Positions 16,551 through 25,004 of a stretch of 64,000 bases of DNA are shown here, one piece after another; position 1 is the stretch's first letter; every line of letters begins with the position of its first letter. Location of the stretch: NCBI GenBank assembly GCA_963699665.1, contig CAVOUR010000014.1:271877-335876 (forward strand), given 5' to 3'. A model generated the notes under the pieces. The model was not told where the DNA came from, did not search any database, and saw nothing but the letters and a program-made list of their open reading frames with translations. The position numbers were made by a program, and so were the translations under genes. Origin of the DNA: an uncultured Alphaproteobacteria bacterium. Its GTDB lineage: Bacteria > Pseudomonadota > Alphaproteobacteria > Rhizobiales > Xanthobacteraceae.

Positions 16551-17405
16551 TTATTTCGACAGGAAACCGACGAGCTTCGGAATGACCTGACCCGGCGCCT
16601 CGTCGATCAGCCAGTGGCCGGCGCCCTTGATGATGACGCCCTCGACGTTGTCGGCGACCAGCCGGACCTGCTCGATCAGAAAATCCCCCGAGGCCTTCTC
16701 GCCGGTCAGGACCAGCATCGGCATCTTCAATTTGGTCTTGGCGAAGCCGGCGAAATCCTTGCCGTCCTGCTCGAATGCCCGGAACACTTCGAAGCCGGCC
16801 CGCATCGCGCCGGGCTGCGCGTAGGCCTTGGCGTAGAACCGGCGGTCGCGCGCCGACACCGACTTCTTGCGGTCGGCGGCGAAATCGTTCCAGAAGTGCT
16901 CGAAGTAGATGCGCTCGCGGCCGGCGACGAGTTTCAGCGGCGTTTCGCCGTAGAAATTGAAATGCCACTTGTCGTGCAGGAGCCAGACGTTCTCCCATTT
17001 GCCGACACCGGGCAGGAACGCGTCCAACAGAGCGATGCGCTCGACCGCGGCGGGATATTGCGCCGCATAGGCGTAGGCGACCATGAGCCCGATATCGTGG
17101 CCGGCCATCCGCACCCGCCTGAAGCCAAGCGCGGTGGCAAGCGCGTGGATATCCTGCGCCATCGATTTCTTGTCGTAGCCTTGCGGCGGCTTGGACGATT
17201 GTCCGAAGCCGCGCAGATCCGGCGCGATCACCGTGTTGGTGTTGGCAAGCTCCGCCATGAGCGGCCGCCACATGTGGCTGTTCTGCGCGTAGCCGTGCAG
17301 CAGCATGACCGGCTCGCCCGTGCCGGCGGCCAGATAGTGCAGCCGGACGCCGTCGAGCCTGGCGAAGTGGCTTTGGATTCCCGCTGCCTGCTTGGCCTTG
17401 GCCAT
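16551..17405 (-). CDS. alpha/beta hydrolase (epoxide hydrolase / haloalkane dehalogenase-like fold)
   Basis: 284 aa. Motifs …LLHGYAQNSHMW…DLRGFGQS…AGHDIGLMVAY… are present. The start lies 4 nt downstream of the UbiD-2 stop. Confidence 0.85.
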   Translation of the reverse strand: MAKAKQAAGIQSHFARLDGVRLHYLAAGTGEPVMLLHGYAQNSHMWRPLMAELANTNTVIAPDLRGFGQSSKPPQGYDKKSMAQDIHALATALGFRRVRMAGHDIGLMVAYAYAAQYPAAVERIALLDAFLPGVGKWENVWLLHDKWHFNFYGETPLKLVAGRERIYFEHFWNDFAADRKKSVSARDRRFYAKAYAQPGAMRAGFEVFRAFEQDGKDFAGFAKTKLKMPMLVLTGEKASGDFLIEQVRLVADNVEGVIIKGAGHWLIDEAPGQVIPKLVGFLSK

Positions 17406-17408
17406 CGC

Positions 17409-19052
17409 CTATCGCCCGGTGCGCGCCAGCGAATGCACCCAGCCGTGCATGCGCTTCTTGGCGTTGGCAATCTCATCCTGGGAGAACCAGTCCTCCGGCT
17501 TGACCCTGTCGATCGGATAGACCGGACGCAAAAAGTCGCTCTCATAACCAAATGGAACGGTGGCATCGATGCCCATGCCGCCTTCGAACTGGGTGTTCGA
17601 CGCGGTCCATTGCCGGTCGCCGGCGGTCATGCGCTCGGCCGGCATGAAGGTCTGGCCGCGGCCGCCGGGGATCGGGTTGAGGATGTCGGTGCGCGGATTC
17701 ACCCGTGTGGTCAGGCACCACATGATGTCGTCCATCGAATACGGATCGACGTCCTCGCTGACCGCGATGGCGAGCCGCATGCCCTGCGAGCACGACAGCG
17801 CGGCGGCCATGAAATTGCGCTGCCAGCCTTCGTCGATCTGGTGGCGCTTCTTGACCTGGATGATGCAGCCGCCCCAATCGGTCATGCAGTACGGGATCAC
17901 CACGTTCTGCACGATGCCGGGCTGCAGCCGGTTGCACAGTTCGTAGATCGCCGCCTCGCGCACGCTGGTGTCGATGTTGTGGTCGTCGAGCATGTGGACG
18001 CCGAGCGCGAAGATGATCGGCTTCGACTGCGGCTGGCGCATGGTGATGGCGGTGACGTGGAAGGTCGGCGCCTTGTAGGACTTGCCCATGTAGCCCGCCC
18101 ACTCCGGATGGAAGTGATAGCGGCCCTGGATGCCGGCATCCTCGGCTTCCTTGGTCTCGAAGCGGCGGTCGCGCGGATTGACGTAGCCTTCCAGCACCAG
18201 TTCGCAGTCGGCCAGCGCCATGGCGTCGACGGTGCGGGCCTTGACCAGCCGGATCGGCGCGCCCTGCACCGCCGAGGCGATGCCGATCTCGTCGCAGCCC
18301 ATCGGCAGCACCGCATAGTCGAAGCCGGCGCCGGCCATCAGCGTGCAGGCCGGCGGCACGCCGAAGCACATGGTGATCGGCACCGGCTGGTCTTCCTTGT
18401 AGTATTTGTTCACCACCTGCCACATGTGCGAGCCGGGCGAGATCTGGAAGGTGCCGACATTGCCCCAGCGGAAGTTCATGCGGTTGTAGCCGAGGTCGGA
18501 GCCGCCATCGAATTGCGCGCCGGTGACGCAGCGGATGCCGGAGCCGACCGTCAGTTCGGGCTCGTAGGTGGTGTGGCGGATCGGCACCAGCCACTTATTG
18601 ACGTCGTCCGGCTGCTCGATCACGTGCTCCTGGCACGGCGCCTCGCTCTGCGCGATCTCCACCGGCTTGAGCGGATGCGACAGCGCATGCGCCAGCTTGC
18701 GCACCCGCTCGGGGTCGTCCTTCCAGCCGAACATGCGGTTGATGATCGCCATGTCGCCGAACAGGTTGGTGATGACGCGGTGGTTCGGCTTGCCCTTGAC
18801 GGTGTTGAACAGAATCGGACAGCCGCCGTCCATGTGCTTCTGCAGGCCGGTGACCTGCAGGTCGGGATCGACCTCCTTGTCGGTCTCGATCAGCTCGCCC
18901 TCGGCGCGCAGCCATTCCAGCGTCGAGCGCAGATCGAACGCCTGGTTCGGCTTGGCTTGGCTCGGGTTGGATTGGTTCGGCTTGGACTGCGATTGTTGTT
19001 CGTTGCCCTGGTCTGGCGTGCGCACTGGCTGTTGCATCGCTGGCGTTCCCAT
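17409..19052 (-). CDS. divergent UbiD-family decarboxylase, paralogue 2, with a low-complexity Q/N/S/K/P-rich N-terminal extension
   Basis: 547 aa with UbiD-like architecture. The usual EGPFGE(W/H)TGYY motif is replaced by HFHPEWAGYMG. The N-terminus contains QGNEQQSQSKPNQSNPSQAKPNQ. An alternative start lies at 19037. Confidence 0.75.
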   Translation of the reverse strand: MGTPAMQQPVRTPDQGNEQQSQSKPNQSNPSQAKPNQAFDLRSTLEWLRAEGELIETDKEVDPDLQVTGLQKHMDGGCPILFNTVKGKPNHRVITNLFGDMAIINRMFGWKDDPERVRKLAHALSHPLKPVEIAQSEAPCQEHVIEQPDDVNKWLVPIRHTTYEPELTVGSGIRCVTGAQFDGGSDLGYNRMNFRWGNVGTFQISPGSHMWQVVNKYYKEDQPVPITMCFGVPPACTLMAGAGFDYAVLPMGCDEIGIASAVQGAPIRLVKARTVDAMALADCELVLEGYVNPRDRRFETKEAEDAGIQGRYHFHPEWAGYMGKSYKAPTFHVTAITMRQPQSKPIIFALGVHMLDDHNIDTSVREAAIYELCNRLQPGIVQNVVIPYCMTDWGGCIIQVKKRHQIDEGWQRNFMAAALSCSQGMRLAIAVSEDVDPYSMDDIMWCLTTRVNPRTDILNPIPGGRGQTFMPAERMTAGDRQWTASNTQFEGGMGIDATVPFGYESDFLRPVYPIDRVKPEDWFSQDEIANAKKRMHGWVHSLARTGR

Positions 19053-19073
19053 TGCATAGATTGCTAAGTAATT
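19051..19073 (+). promoter_or_regulatory. candidate operator: ATTGCATAGATTGCTAAGTAATT in the UbiD-2 / marR divergent promoter
   Basis: 19/23 identical to 13311..13333. It contains tandem half-sites ATTGCATAG and ATTGCTAAG. It overlaps the most upstream possible UbiD-2 start codon. Confidence 0.5.
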
Positions 19074-19124
19074 ATCTGCACCGGATGCCCAAGCCTGTCA
19101 ACATAGCCAAGCCCGTCGACGCCG

Positions 19125-19613
19125 ATGCCGCAGCGCCCATCATCACCGAGAGACAAGGTTCCGCCGCACCGCGCCGGCGCGTTTCCGCCGCGGCTGTCGT
19201 CCGGCTATCTGGTGCGCGACGCGCACCGCGCCTTCCAGCGGCTGCTCGAACGGCGGATCGCGCCGTACGGCGTCGCGCGCGGCCAGTGGTATTTCCTGCG
19301 CGTGCTGTGGATCACCGACGGGCTTTCGCAACGGGAATTGTCGGCGCGGGTCGGCATGATGGAGCCGACCACGGTGATCGCGCTGCGCACCATGGAGCGG
19401 GTCGGACTCATTCGCCGCGTCCGCGGCGACGACGACCGCCGCAAGGTGCGGGTCTTCCTCACCGCCAAGGCGAAGCGGCTGCGCGGCGAACTGCTCGCCG
19501 TGGCGCGCACCATTACGGACGAAGCGGAGGCAGGCTTGACGCCGCGCGATCTCGCCAGCTTCCGCCGCGTCATCGCGCGCATGACCGCCAATCTCGACCG
19601 CGTCGAGCGCTAG
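19125..19613 (+). CDS. MarR-family transcriptional regulator
   Basis: 162 aa with a winged-helix core (…GVARGQWYFLRVLWITDGLSQRELSARVGMMEPTTVIALRTMERVGLIRRVRGDDDRRKVRVFLT…). Confidence 0.9.
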   Translation: MPQRPSSPRDKVPPHRAGAFPPRLSSGYLVRDAHRAFQRLLERRIAPYGVARGQWYFLRVLWITDGLSQRELSARVGMMEPTTVIALRTMERVGLIRRVRGDDDRRKVRVFLTAKAKRLRGELLAVARTITDEAEAGLTPRDLASFRRVIARMTANLDRVER

Positions 19614-19645
19614 CGTGCCGATCGAACTGCAATGGCCCGCCAGTT

Positions 19646-20402
19646 TCAGGAATGAGCAAAAATCGCGCTGAAGGCGCGAACCAGGCGCGCGCCGCCGGCG
19701 CGACGGGCGCTGGCCTTGGCGGCGTCGGCATAGTCGATCTGCCGCAGGCTCACGCTGCGGCGTTCGAGATCGACAACCATGTAGGTCGATCGGCGATCGG
19801 TCAGGCGCGGCTCGCCGACGGTGCCGGGATTGATGAGATAGTAGGCGTCGTCGCGGAGCTGGACTTCGCCGTCCGGCCGGTGCGCCACGATCCGGTCGCG
19901 GCGCCATTCGTAGATCGCGGCGCGGTGGGTATGGCCGAAGGCGCAGATGCGCGCGCCGGACGGATGGCCGAACAGCGCGATGAAGCTTTGCAGGCGGCGC
20001 TCGTCGTTGTCGAGCCGCACGCTGGCGCAGTCGGTCTCGGGGTGAAGCGCGCCATGCACCGCAACGATCCGATCGGCGACCACGGCCTTGCGCGGCAGCC
20101 TGGCCAGGAATTCCAGGTCGTTGGCCGCCAGGTGCTGGTAGGTCCAGGCGACGCCGCGCGCGGCGGCGCTGCTGAAATTCGCGCGTCGTGATCCGGCCGC
20201 ACACCGCCAGATCGTGATTGCCGGCGACGCACAGGCAATCGGCGCTGCGAATGAGCGCGATGCATGCGGCGGCATCCCGGTTGTAGCCTACGATATCGCC
20301 GAGACAGACGATGCGATCGACCGAGCGCGCGGCGATGTCGGCGAACGTCGCCTCCAGCGCCGCGAGATTGGCGTGCACGTCGGAAATCAGCGCCAGTCGC
20401 AC
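19646..20402 (-). pseudogene. metallophosphoesterase (calcineurin-like, YfcE/MJ0936-type), interrupted by a 1-nt frameshift near 20176
   Basis: The N-terminus MRLALISDVHAN…LGDIVGY…AGNHD…GRITTREF is in one frame. The continuation NFSSAAARGVAWTYQHL…VAVHGALHPE…FGHTH… is in the frame of ORF 19646..20275. Confidence 0.8.
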
Positions 20403-20430
20403 GGGTCGCTCCGATGGGTTGGCGGCGGAC

Positions 20431-21588
20431 TCATTCTTTGCCGTCGTGCCGGGCCGTGAGGCGATGCAGGCTCGAGCGCAGGAACGGCATCGGGTCGCGC
20501 CACGACAGCGCCGATTTCGCCTCGCAGCCGTAGACCCAGGGCAGCCACGTCGTCAGCGGCACGCCGGCCGCGCGCGCGGCCGCATAGTCCGTCCAGGCGC
20601 GGCACCAGCGCACCCCCGGCTTGGCGCGCAGGCTCGCCGGCCGCCGCTGCCCCGTCAGGTCGGCATAGACCAGCGCCGGGATATTCAGCCCGGCGACAGC
20701 CGCCGCATGGTGCCACAGCGTGAAGCGCGGATTGATCTCGAGGAGATGCAGCTTGCCGGCTCGATCGCGCTTGAAGTCGAGCTTGGCGACCCCGGTCAGG
20801 CCGAGCCGTTCGACCACAGTGCGGCCGAGGCGCTGCACGTCAGCGCTCGCGGTGATCTCGAGCGCCGTGGTGTGGCCGTATGCCGCCGGATAGGTGCGAA
20901 TTTTCCGCCCCGTGAACTCGCCGGCGACGCTGCCGTGGCGGTCCACGTAACAGTGGTAGCTTTCGATCTGCGCTTCGTCGCCGGCAATGAGCTCCTGCGC
21001 CAGCAGGTCGACGCCGGCGTCGAGCAGTTGCGGCCAGAGCGCGCGCAATGCCTCGGCGTCCTTCGCCTCCAGCGCCTTGCGCCGGCCGAAGACCGCGTTC
21101 CAGCGTTCGAGCCGGGTCAGCGGCTTGACGATGAGCGGGAACGAAAGCCCGATGTCTTCCGGCTCCGCGGCGACGGGATGAAACGGCTGCGCCGCCGGCA
21201 CCGGCAGCCCGTGACGATCCGCCAGGACCTGAAAGCGCGCCTTGTCGACGAGGTCTTCGACCAGCGTCGCTTCGGCAATGATGAAGCGGAACGTCCGCGC
21301 CAGGCGTTCGCGATGGCGCGACACGAACAGGAGCTGCGCATCCTCCTGATAGAACAGCACGGGGCGCTCGCCTTGGCTCGCGCCTTGGTCCGCGTCTTGG
21401 ACCGCGCCTTGAGCCGAGCCGAAGCTTGCCAGCGCGGCGAGCAGCGCGTCGGGATCGCTCGAAAAATCGTCCCAAGGCAGCCGCGCCGCCGTGAAGCGCG
21501 AATAGAGCGAGGGAACGCCCGGGCGGGTCACCACCGCGCAAGCGATGCCGGCCGCGATAAGCGGCTGCAACAAATCCATGTCGCCCAT
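20431..21588 (-). CDS. ATP-grasp domain protein (COG3919-like carboxylate-amine ligase)
   Basis: The C-terminal 385 aa of ORF 20431..22773 carry …FPLIVKPL…AQELIAGDEAQIESYHCY…AKLDFKRDRAGKLHLLEINPRF…. The start is uncertain. Confidence 0.8.
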   Translation of the reverse strand: MGDMDLLQPLIAAGIACAVVTRPGVPSLYSRFTAARLPWDDFSSDPDALLAALASFGSAQGAVQDADQGASQGERPVLFYQEDAQLLFVSRHRERLARTFRFIIAEATLVEDLVDKARFQVLADRHGLPVPAAQPFHPVAAEPEDIGLSFPLIVKPLTRLERWNAVFGRRKALEAKDAEALRALWPQLLDAGVDLLAQELIAGDEAQIESYHCYVDRHGSVAGEFTGRKIRTYPAAYGHTTALEITASADVQRLGRTVVERLGLTGVAKLDFKRDRAGKLHLLEINPRFTLWHHAAAVAGLNIPALVYADLTGQRRPASLRAKPGVRWCRAWTDYAAARAAGVPLTTWLPWVYGCEAKSALSWRDPMPFLRSSLHRLTARHDGKE

Positions 21589-22844
21589 GACGCAGGCGGT
21601 CGGCGCCGTCGCCGGCGCCGCGGTATGTGGATTTTCCGGGCCGGCTGCGGCCTGATCTCTTTGGGCAGCGATCGCGTGCCGAGCGTGGTGCGCAGAGCCG
21701 AGACCAGGCGCCAGGTCAGCGGCGTCTGCTTGATGAAGCGTTTGAGCCGGCGCCGCGCCGTCGACGACCAGCTCGCCGGCCAGCCGCGCCAGGTCGCCGC
21801 GGTGCTGTAATCGTACAATTTCAGATACGTGTCCGACCATTCCAGCTTGTACGGCTCGTCGCCGATGGTGAAATCGAAGCGCCGCAGGCCGCGCTTGATG
21901 GCGTAGGCAAGCAGCTCGCGCAGATGCAGCGTGCCGGGCCCGTAATGCGCGATGGTCGTGCTGTCGTCGTCGTAGCTCGCCAGCACGTGATAATAGCAAT
22001 CGCCGAACACCAGCGCCAAATTGGCGGCGACCCATTGGCTGCCGACTTCGATCCGGCTGATATGCAGCAGGCCGCGCAGTTTTGCATTGGTGGCGAGGTC
22101 GAGAAAGAATTCGCGCAATCCGGGCCGGGCGAACATGTCGGGAATGCCGCGGTGGGCGAAGGCGCGGCTTTTTTGATCCATCAGGGTCGCCAGCGTGCGC
22201 CGGGCGTCGTCGCCGCCGGCGCTGGTGACGAAGCGAACCTCGCCATGTTCGGACATATGCTTGCGCTTGGCGCGGTCGCGGCGCCGCGTCGCCGACGAGC
22301 GCTTGGCGTAGTAGAATGTCTCCCAGCTGTCGCCGAGCCGGGTGAGATGCGCGCCGCTGGCATTGGCGGTGACATCGAGCGCGGTGAAGGGATTGAGCTG
22401 GGCGCCGACGGTCTGCGGCATCTTTTCCAGCTCGATCCAATCGTGCCGCCATTGCGGATCGTGTTGCATCCGCTCGCGCAGTTCGCGCCACACCGCAAGG
22501 AAGCCGTCGGCCGTGACGCGTCGCGAAAAATCCGGCGCCAGCAGCGGCGCGTTGTAGTCGCACTGCTCCTGACCGAACCAGCACAGCCGCCGCGCCGCAT
22601 GGTTCCGGTCGATGGCCAGCGGCACTATGAACGCGGTCGCGCCGTCGGCGAAGCTGCCGACGGCGATCACGGGCACCACGCCGTCGCGTTGTCCGATGTG
22701 GCGATGCCAGGTCGACAGCCAATCGAAAGTCTGAAAAGCCGTGCAATCGGCATTGCGCTCGAAGCGGCGCCATTCGCTTTCCACGGCGCCGAGATCGGAA
22801 TGGATGGCAAGACTGATGAGATCGGGCGCCGATGGCCGGGACAT
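21528..22844 (-). CDS. GNAT-fold acetyltransferase-like protein (CelD/BioF2-like, Acetyltransf_6 / FemAB-like)
   Basis: 438 aa counted from MSRPSAPDL…. Sequences …FQTFDWLSTWHRH…YYHVLASYD…GLRRFDFTIGDEPYKLEWSD… are present. The 3' end overlaps the ATP-grasp start by 61 nt. Confidence 0.7.
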   Translation of the reverse strand: MSRPSAPDLISLAIHSDLGAVESEWRRFERNADCTAFQTFDWLSTWHRHIGQRDGVVPVIAVGSFADGATAFIVPLAIDRNHAARRLCWFGQEQCDYNAPLLAPDFSRRVTADGFLAVWRELRERMQHDPQWRHDWIELEKMPQTVGAQLNPFTALDVTANASGAHLTRLGDSWETFYYAKRSSATRRRDRAKRKHMSEHGEVRFVTSAGGDDARRTLATLMDQKSRAFAHRGIPDMFARPGLREFFLDLATNAKLRGLLHISRIEVGSQWVAANLALVFGDCYYHVLASYDDDSTTIAHYGPGTLHLRELLAYAIKRGLRRFDFTIGDEPYKLEWSDTYLKLYDYSTAATWRGWPASWSSTARRRLKRFIKQTPLTWRLVSALRTTLGTRSLPKEIRPQPARKIHIPRRRRRRRPPASWATWICCSRLSRPASLARW

Positions 22845-23239
22845 GTCGGCGCGACGCGCCACCGCGACGTGCCCGGCATCGGCCGGCACGGCCACGTTTC
22901 TATATGCCGTCAATGGTGTCGCGCGTGTCACACAAATCACGGTACGGATAACAGGCGTCGTGCGAGTGATAGGGGACAATCGCTAAGGATGCATCGCTGC
23001 GCGCCGCGTAATGTCTTGTTAAGGTAAAGCGGCCGGACGCCGGTTTGCCGTCATGCGCCCGGCCGTTGGCTATAAAAACGCCGGCAAAGTTCGGCTCCGG
23101 ACGGCGTTCGCCTCCGTCATCCGCCGCGCCATGGCGATACCGCGTGCGGCGATTGGTAACCTTGAGACAAGGCTGCGTTGCGGGAAGGATCAGCATCCTG
23201 GCGCCGCGGCGAAAAAGAGCGAGAGATAGGGAGAGAAGC

Positions 23240-24214
23240 ATGAAGACCAGCCATTGGCTCAGCATTGCCGGCCTTTGCCTGTTGGTTCTGCCGGCCGCGC
23301 CGGCGGCGCGCGCCCAGGCGAACTATCCGGACAAGCCGGTCACCATCATCGCCGACGCCGCACCCGGCGCCACGCCGGACGTCGATGCGCGTTTCGTCGC
23401 CGACGGCTTGGGCAAAATGTGGGGCCAGCAGGTCATCGTGCTCAACCGTCAGGGCGCCAACGGCAGCATCGCCGCGCGCGCCGCGACCGAAGCCATTCCG
23501 GACGGCTACACGTTGTTCATGCCGGCGCTGTCGACCTTCGTCGCCTTGCCGTCGGTGGCGCCGAATCTGCCGCTGATGCTGCCGCGCGACTTCGTGCCGA
23601 TCGGCTATACCGCGGAGAACCCGATGTTCTTCGCGGTGACGCCGTCGCTCGGCGTCTCGTCGTTGCCGGAACTGATCGCGCTGGCCAAGAAACAGCCGGG
23701 CAAGATCTCGATCGCGGTCACCGGCGTCGGCCGGCTCACGCACCTGACCGGCCTGGTGTTTCAGGAGCGCGCCGCCATCAATCTGTTGCCGGTGCCCTAT
23801 AACGGCGGCCCCGCGGCAGCGCTTGCCGACGTCGGTTCCAGCCGCGTCTCGATGATCATCGAGGGCTATTCGGGAATCGTCGGCTCTGTCAAAGCCGGAC
23901 AGGTGAAGCTGATTGCGGTGGCGTCGCCCGAGCGGCTGCCGGAGTTTCCCGACCTGCCGACGGTCGCCGAAACCATTCCGGACTTTGCCGCACGCGGCTG
24001 GCAAGTGCTGGTGGCGCCGCTCGGCACGCCGGCGCCGATCGTCAGCAAGATCAGCACCGACCTGGCCAAAGTGGTGAGCGATCCGGATTTCAAGAAACAC
24101 CTTGCCGCCATCGGCAGCTATTCGCGCGCCATGACGCCCGAGCAGGTTATCAGCTTCGTGCGGAAGGAGCAGGCGACGTGGCTGCCGGTGTTGCAGAAGA
24201 TTCCGGAGAAGTAG
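23240..24214 (+). CDS. Bug/TctC-family tripartite tricarboxylate transporter substrate-binding protein
   Basis: The signal peptide is MKTSHWLSIAGLCLLVLPAAPAARAQ, followed by ANYPDKPVTII…NRQGANGSIAA…, typical of the Bug family. RBS GGGAGAGAAG. Confidence 0.85.
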   Translation: MKTSHWLSIAGLCLLVLPAAPAARAQANYPDKPVTIIADAAPGATPDVDARFVADGLGKMWGQQVIVLNRQGANGSIAARAATEAIPDGYTLFMPALSTFVALPSVAPNLPLMLPRDFVPIGYTAENPMFFAVTPSLGVSSLPELIALAKKQPGKISIAVTGVGRLTHLTGLVFQERAAINLLPVPYNGGPAAALADVGSSRVSMIIEGYSGIVGSVKAGQVKLIAVASPERLPEFPDLPTVAETIPDFAARGWQVLVAPLGTPAPIVSKISTDLAKVVSDPDFKKHLAAIGSYSRAMTPEQVISFVRKEQATWLPVLQKIPEK

Positions 24215-24218
24215 GCGC

Positions 24219-24295
24219 TGGTACAGCTGGGTGGATTCGAACCACCGACCTCCTGATCCACAGTCAGGCGCTCTAACCAACTGAGCTACAGCTGC
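24219..24295 (-). tRNA. tRNA-His (anticodon GTG)
   Basis: A manual cloverleaf fold works. The acceptor stem is GCAGCTG/CAGCTGT with a G1:U72 pair, A73 and an encoded CCA. The D arm is GCTC-AGTTGGTTA-GAGC, the anticodon arm CCTGA-CTGTGGA-TCAGG, and the T arm GGTGG-TTCGAAT-CCACC. Confidence 0.9.
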
Positions 24296-24320
24296 ACGGC
24301 CCGCGGCAAGCATTGCGCTT

Positions 24321-24369
24321 GAGCACGATCCCTTCAGAAAACCGGCATCCGGCTTTCCGGACCATGCTT
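24321..24369. repeat. dispersed palindromic repeat (copy 2 of 4)
   Basis: The sequence is GAGCACGATCccTTCaGAAAACCGGcatccggcTTTCCGGAcCATGCtt. Confidence 0.6.
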
Positions 24370-24437
24370 TGGCGCGCGAAACCTATGAGCAACGCTGTAG
24401 TTTGGCAAGGCCGGCGCGGAGCCGGCAAGCCCCTCGG

Positions 24438-24470
24438 CAAAGCAAAAGCCCGGGCCTGAACCCGGGCTTT
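24438..24470 (-). terminator. rho-independent terminator downstream of the phasin gene
   Basis: On the minus strand the stem is AAGCCCGGG-UUCAGG-CCCGGGCUU, followed by UUUGCUUUG. Confidence 0.7.
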
Positions 24471-24512
24471 CCTCGCGCCGCAGTCACTCTGCGGAAGCGT
24501 CCGCGATCGCAA

Positions 24513-25004
24513 TCAGGCGACCTTGCTGAACGCCTTGTTCATGCCGGTCTTGATCGGCTCGGCAGTCTCGGTGGCGACCTTCTGGGCGAGCGCGGTGAGT
24601 TCCTTGCTCTGCTCGGTGAGCACCTCGAACTGCTTGCGCGCATGGGCGCTCGACAGCTCGATCATTTCCGACAGCGACTTTGCCGCCAGCAACCCGCCGG
24701 CGTAATCGAATGCCGCATTGGTGTTGATACGCGTCGCTTCGATCATTTTGAGGCCGTAGTCGGAGGCGCCCTTGCTGGCGGTCGAATAGGTGGTCTCGAG
24801 AACCTCGGTCGCCTCTTCGGCGGCGGCCTTCATCTTCTCGTAGGTATCCTTGCACTGGGCGACGCCCCGCTCCGCGAATTCGCGGAAAGCGGCCGGCATT
24901 TCGACCTTCGGGATGTCGAACTTCGGCATCTCGAATTTGGGCATTTCGAACGCGCCCGCGGGCTTCGTCGTTTTCACTTTAGGGGCAGTTGTGGCATCCG
25001 CCAT
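24513..25004 (-). CDS. phasin family protein (PHA granule-associated)
   Basis: 163 aa. The sequence …FREFAERGVAQCKDTYEKMKAAAEEATEVLETTYSTASKGASDYGLKMIEA… is typical of alphaproteobacterial phasins. Confidence 0.85.
   Translation of the reverse strand: MADATTAPKVKTTKPAGAFEMPKFEMPKFDIPKVEMPAAFREFAERGVAQCKDTYEKMKAAAEEATEVLETTYSTASKGASDYGLKMIEATRINTNAAFDYAGGLLAAKSLSEMIELSSAHARKQFEVLTEQSKELTALAQKVATETAEPIKTGMNKAFSKVA

Noticed and set aside
16152-19067. 971-aa + strand ORF
   Set aside because: It lies antisense to the alpha/beta hydrolase and UbiD-2 genes. No motifs are present, and the composition is typical of shadow ORFs.
21589-22773. N-terminal ~395 aa of the 780-aa ORF 20431..22773
   Set aside because: This part overlaps the GNAT-like gene in another frame and is Arg/Ala-rich with no similarity to any family. 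Only the C-terminal 385 aa, from 21588, are ATP-grasp-like.
24215-24512. Genomic island or integrative element at tRNA-His
   Set aside because: There is no integrase, no duplicated tRNA 3' segment and no compositional shift. The flanking genes (tctC-family and phasin) look like core genes.
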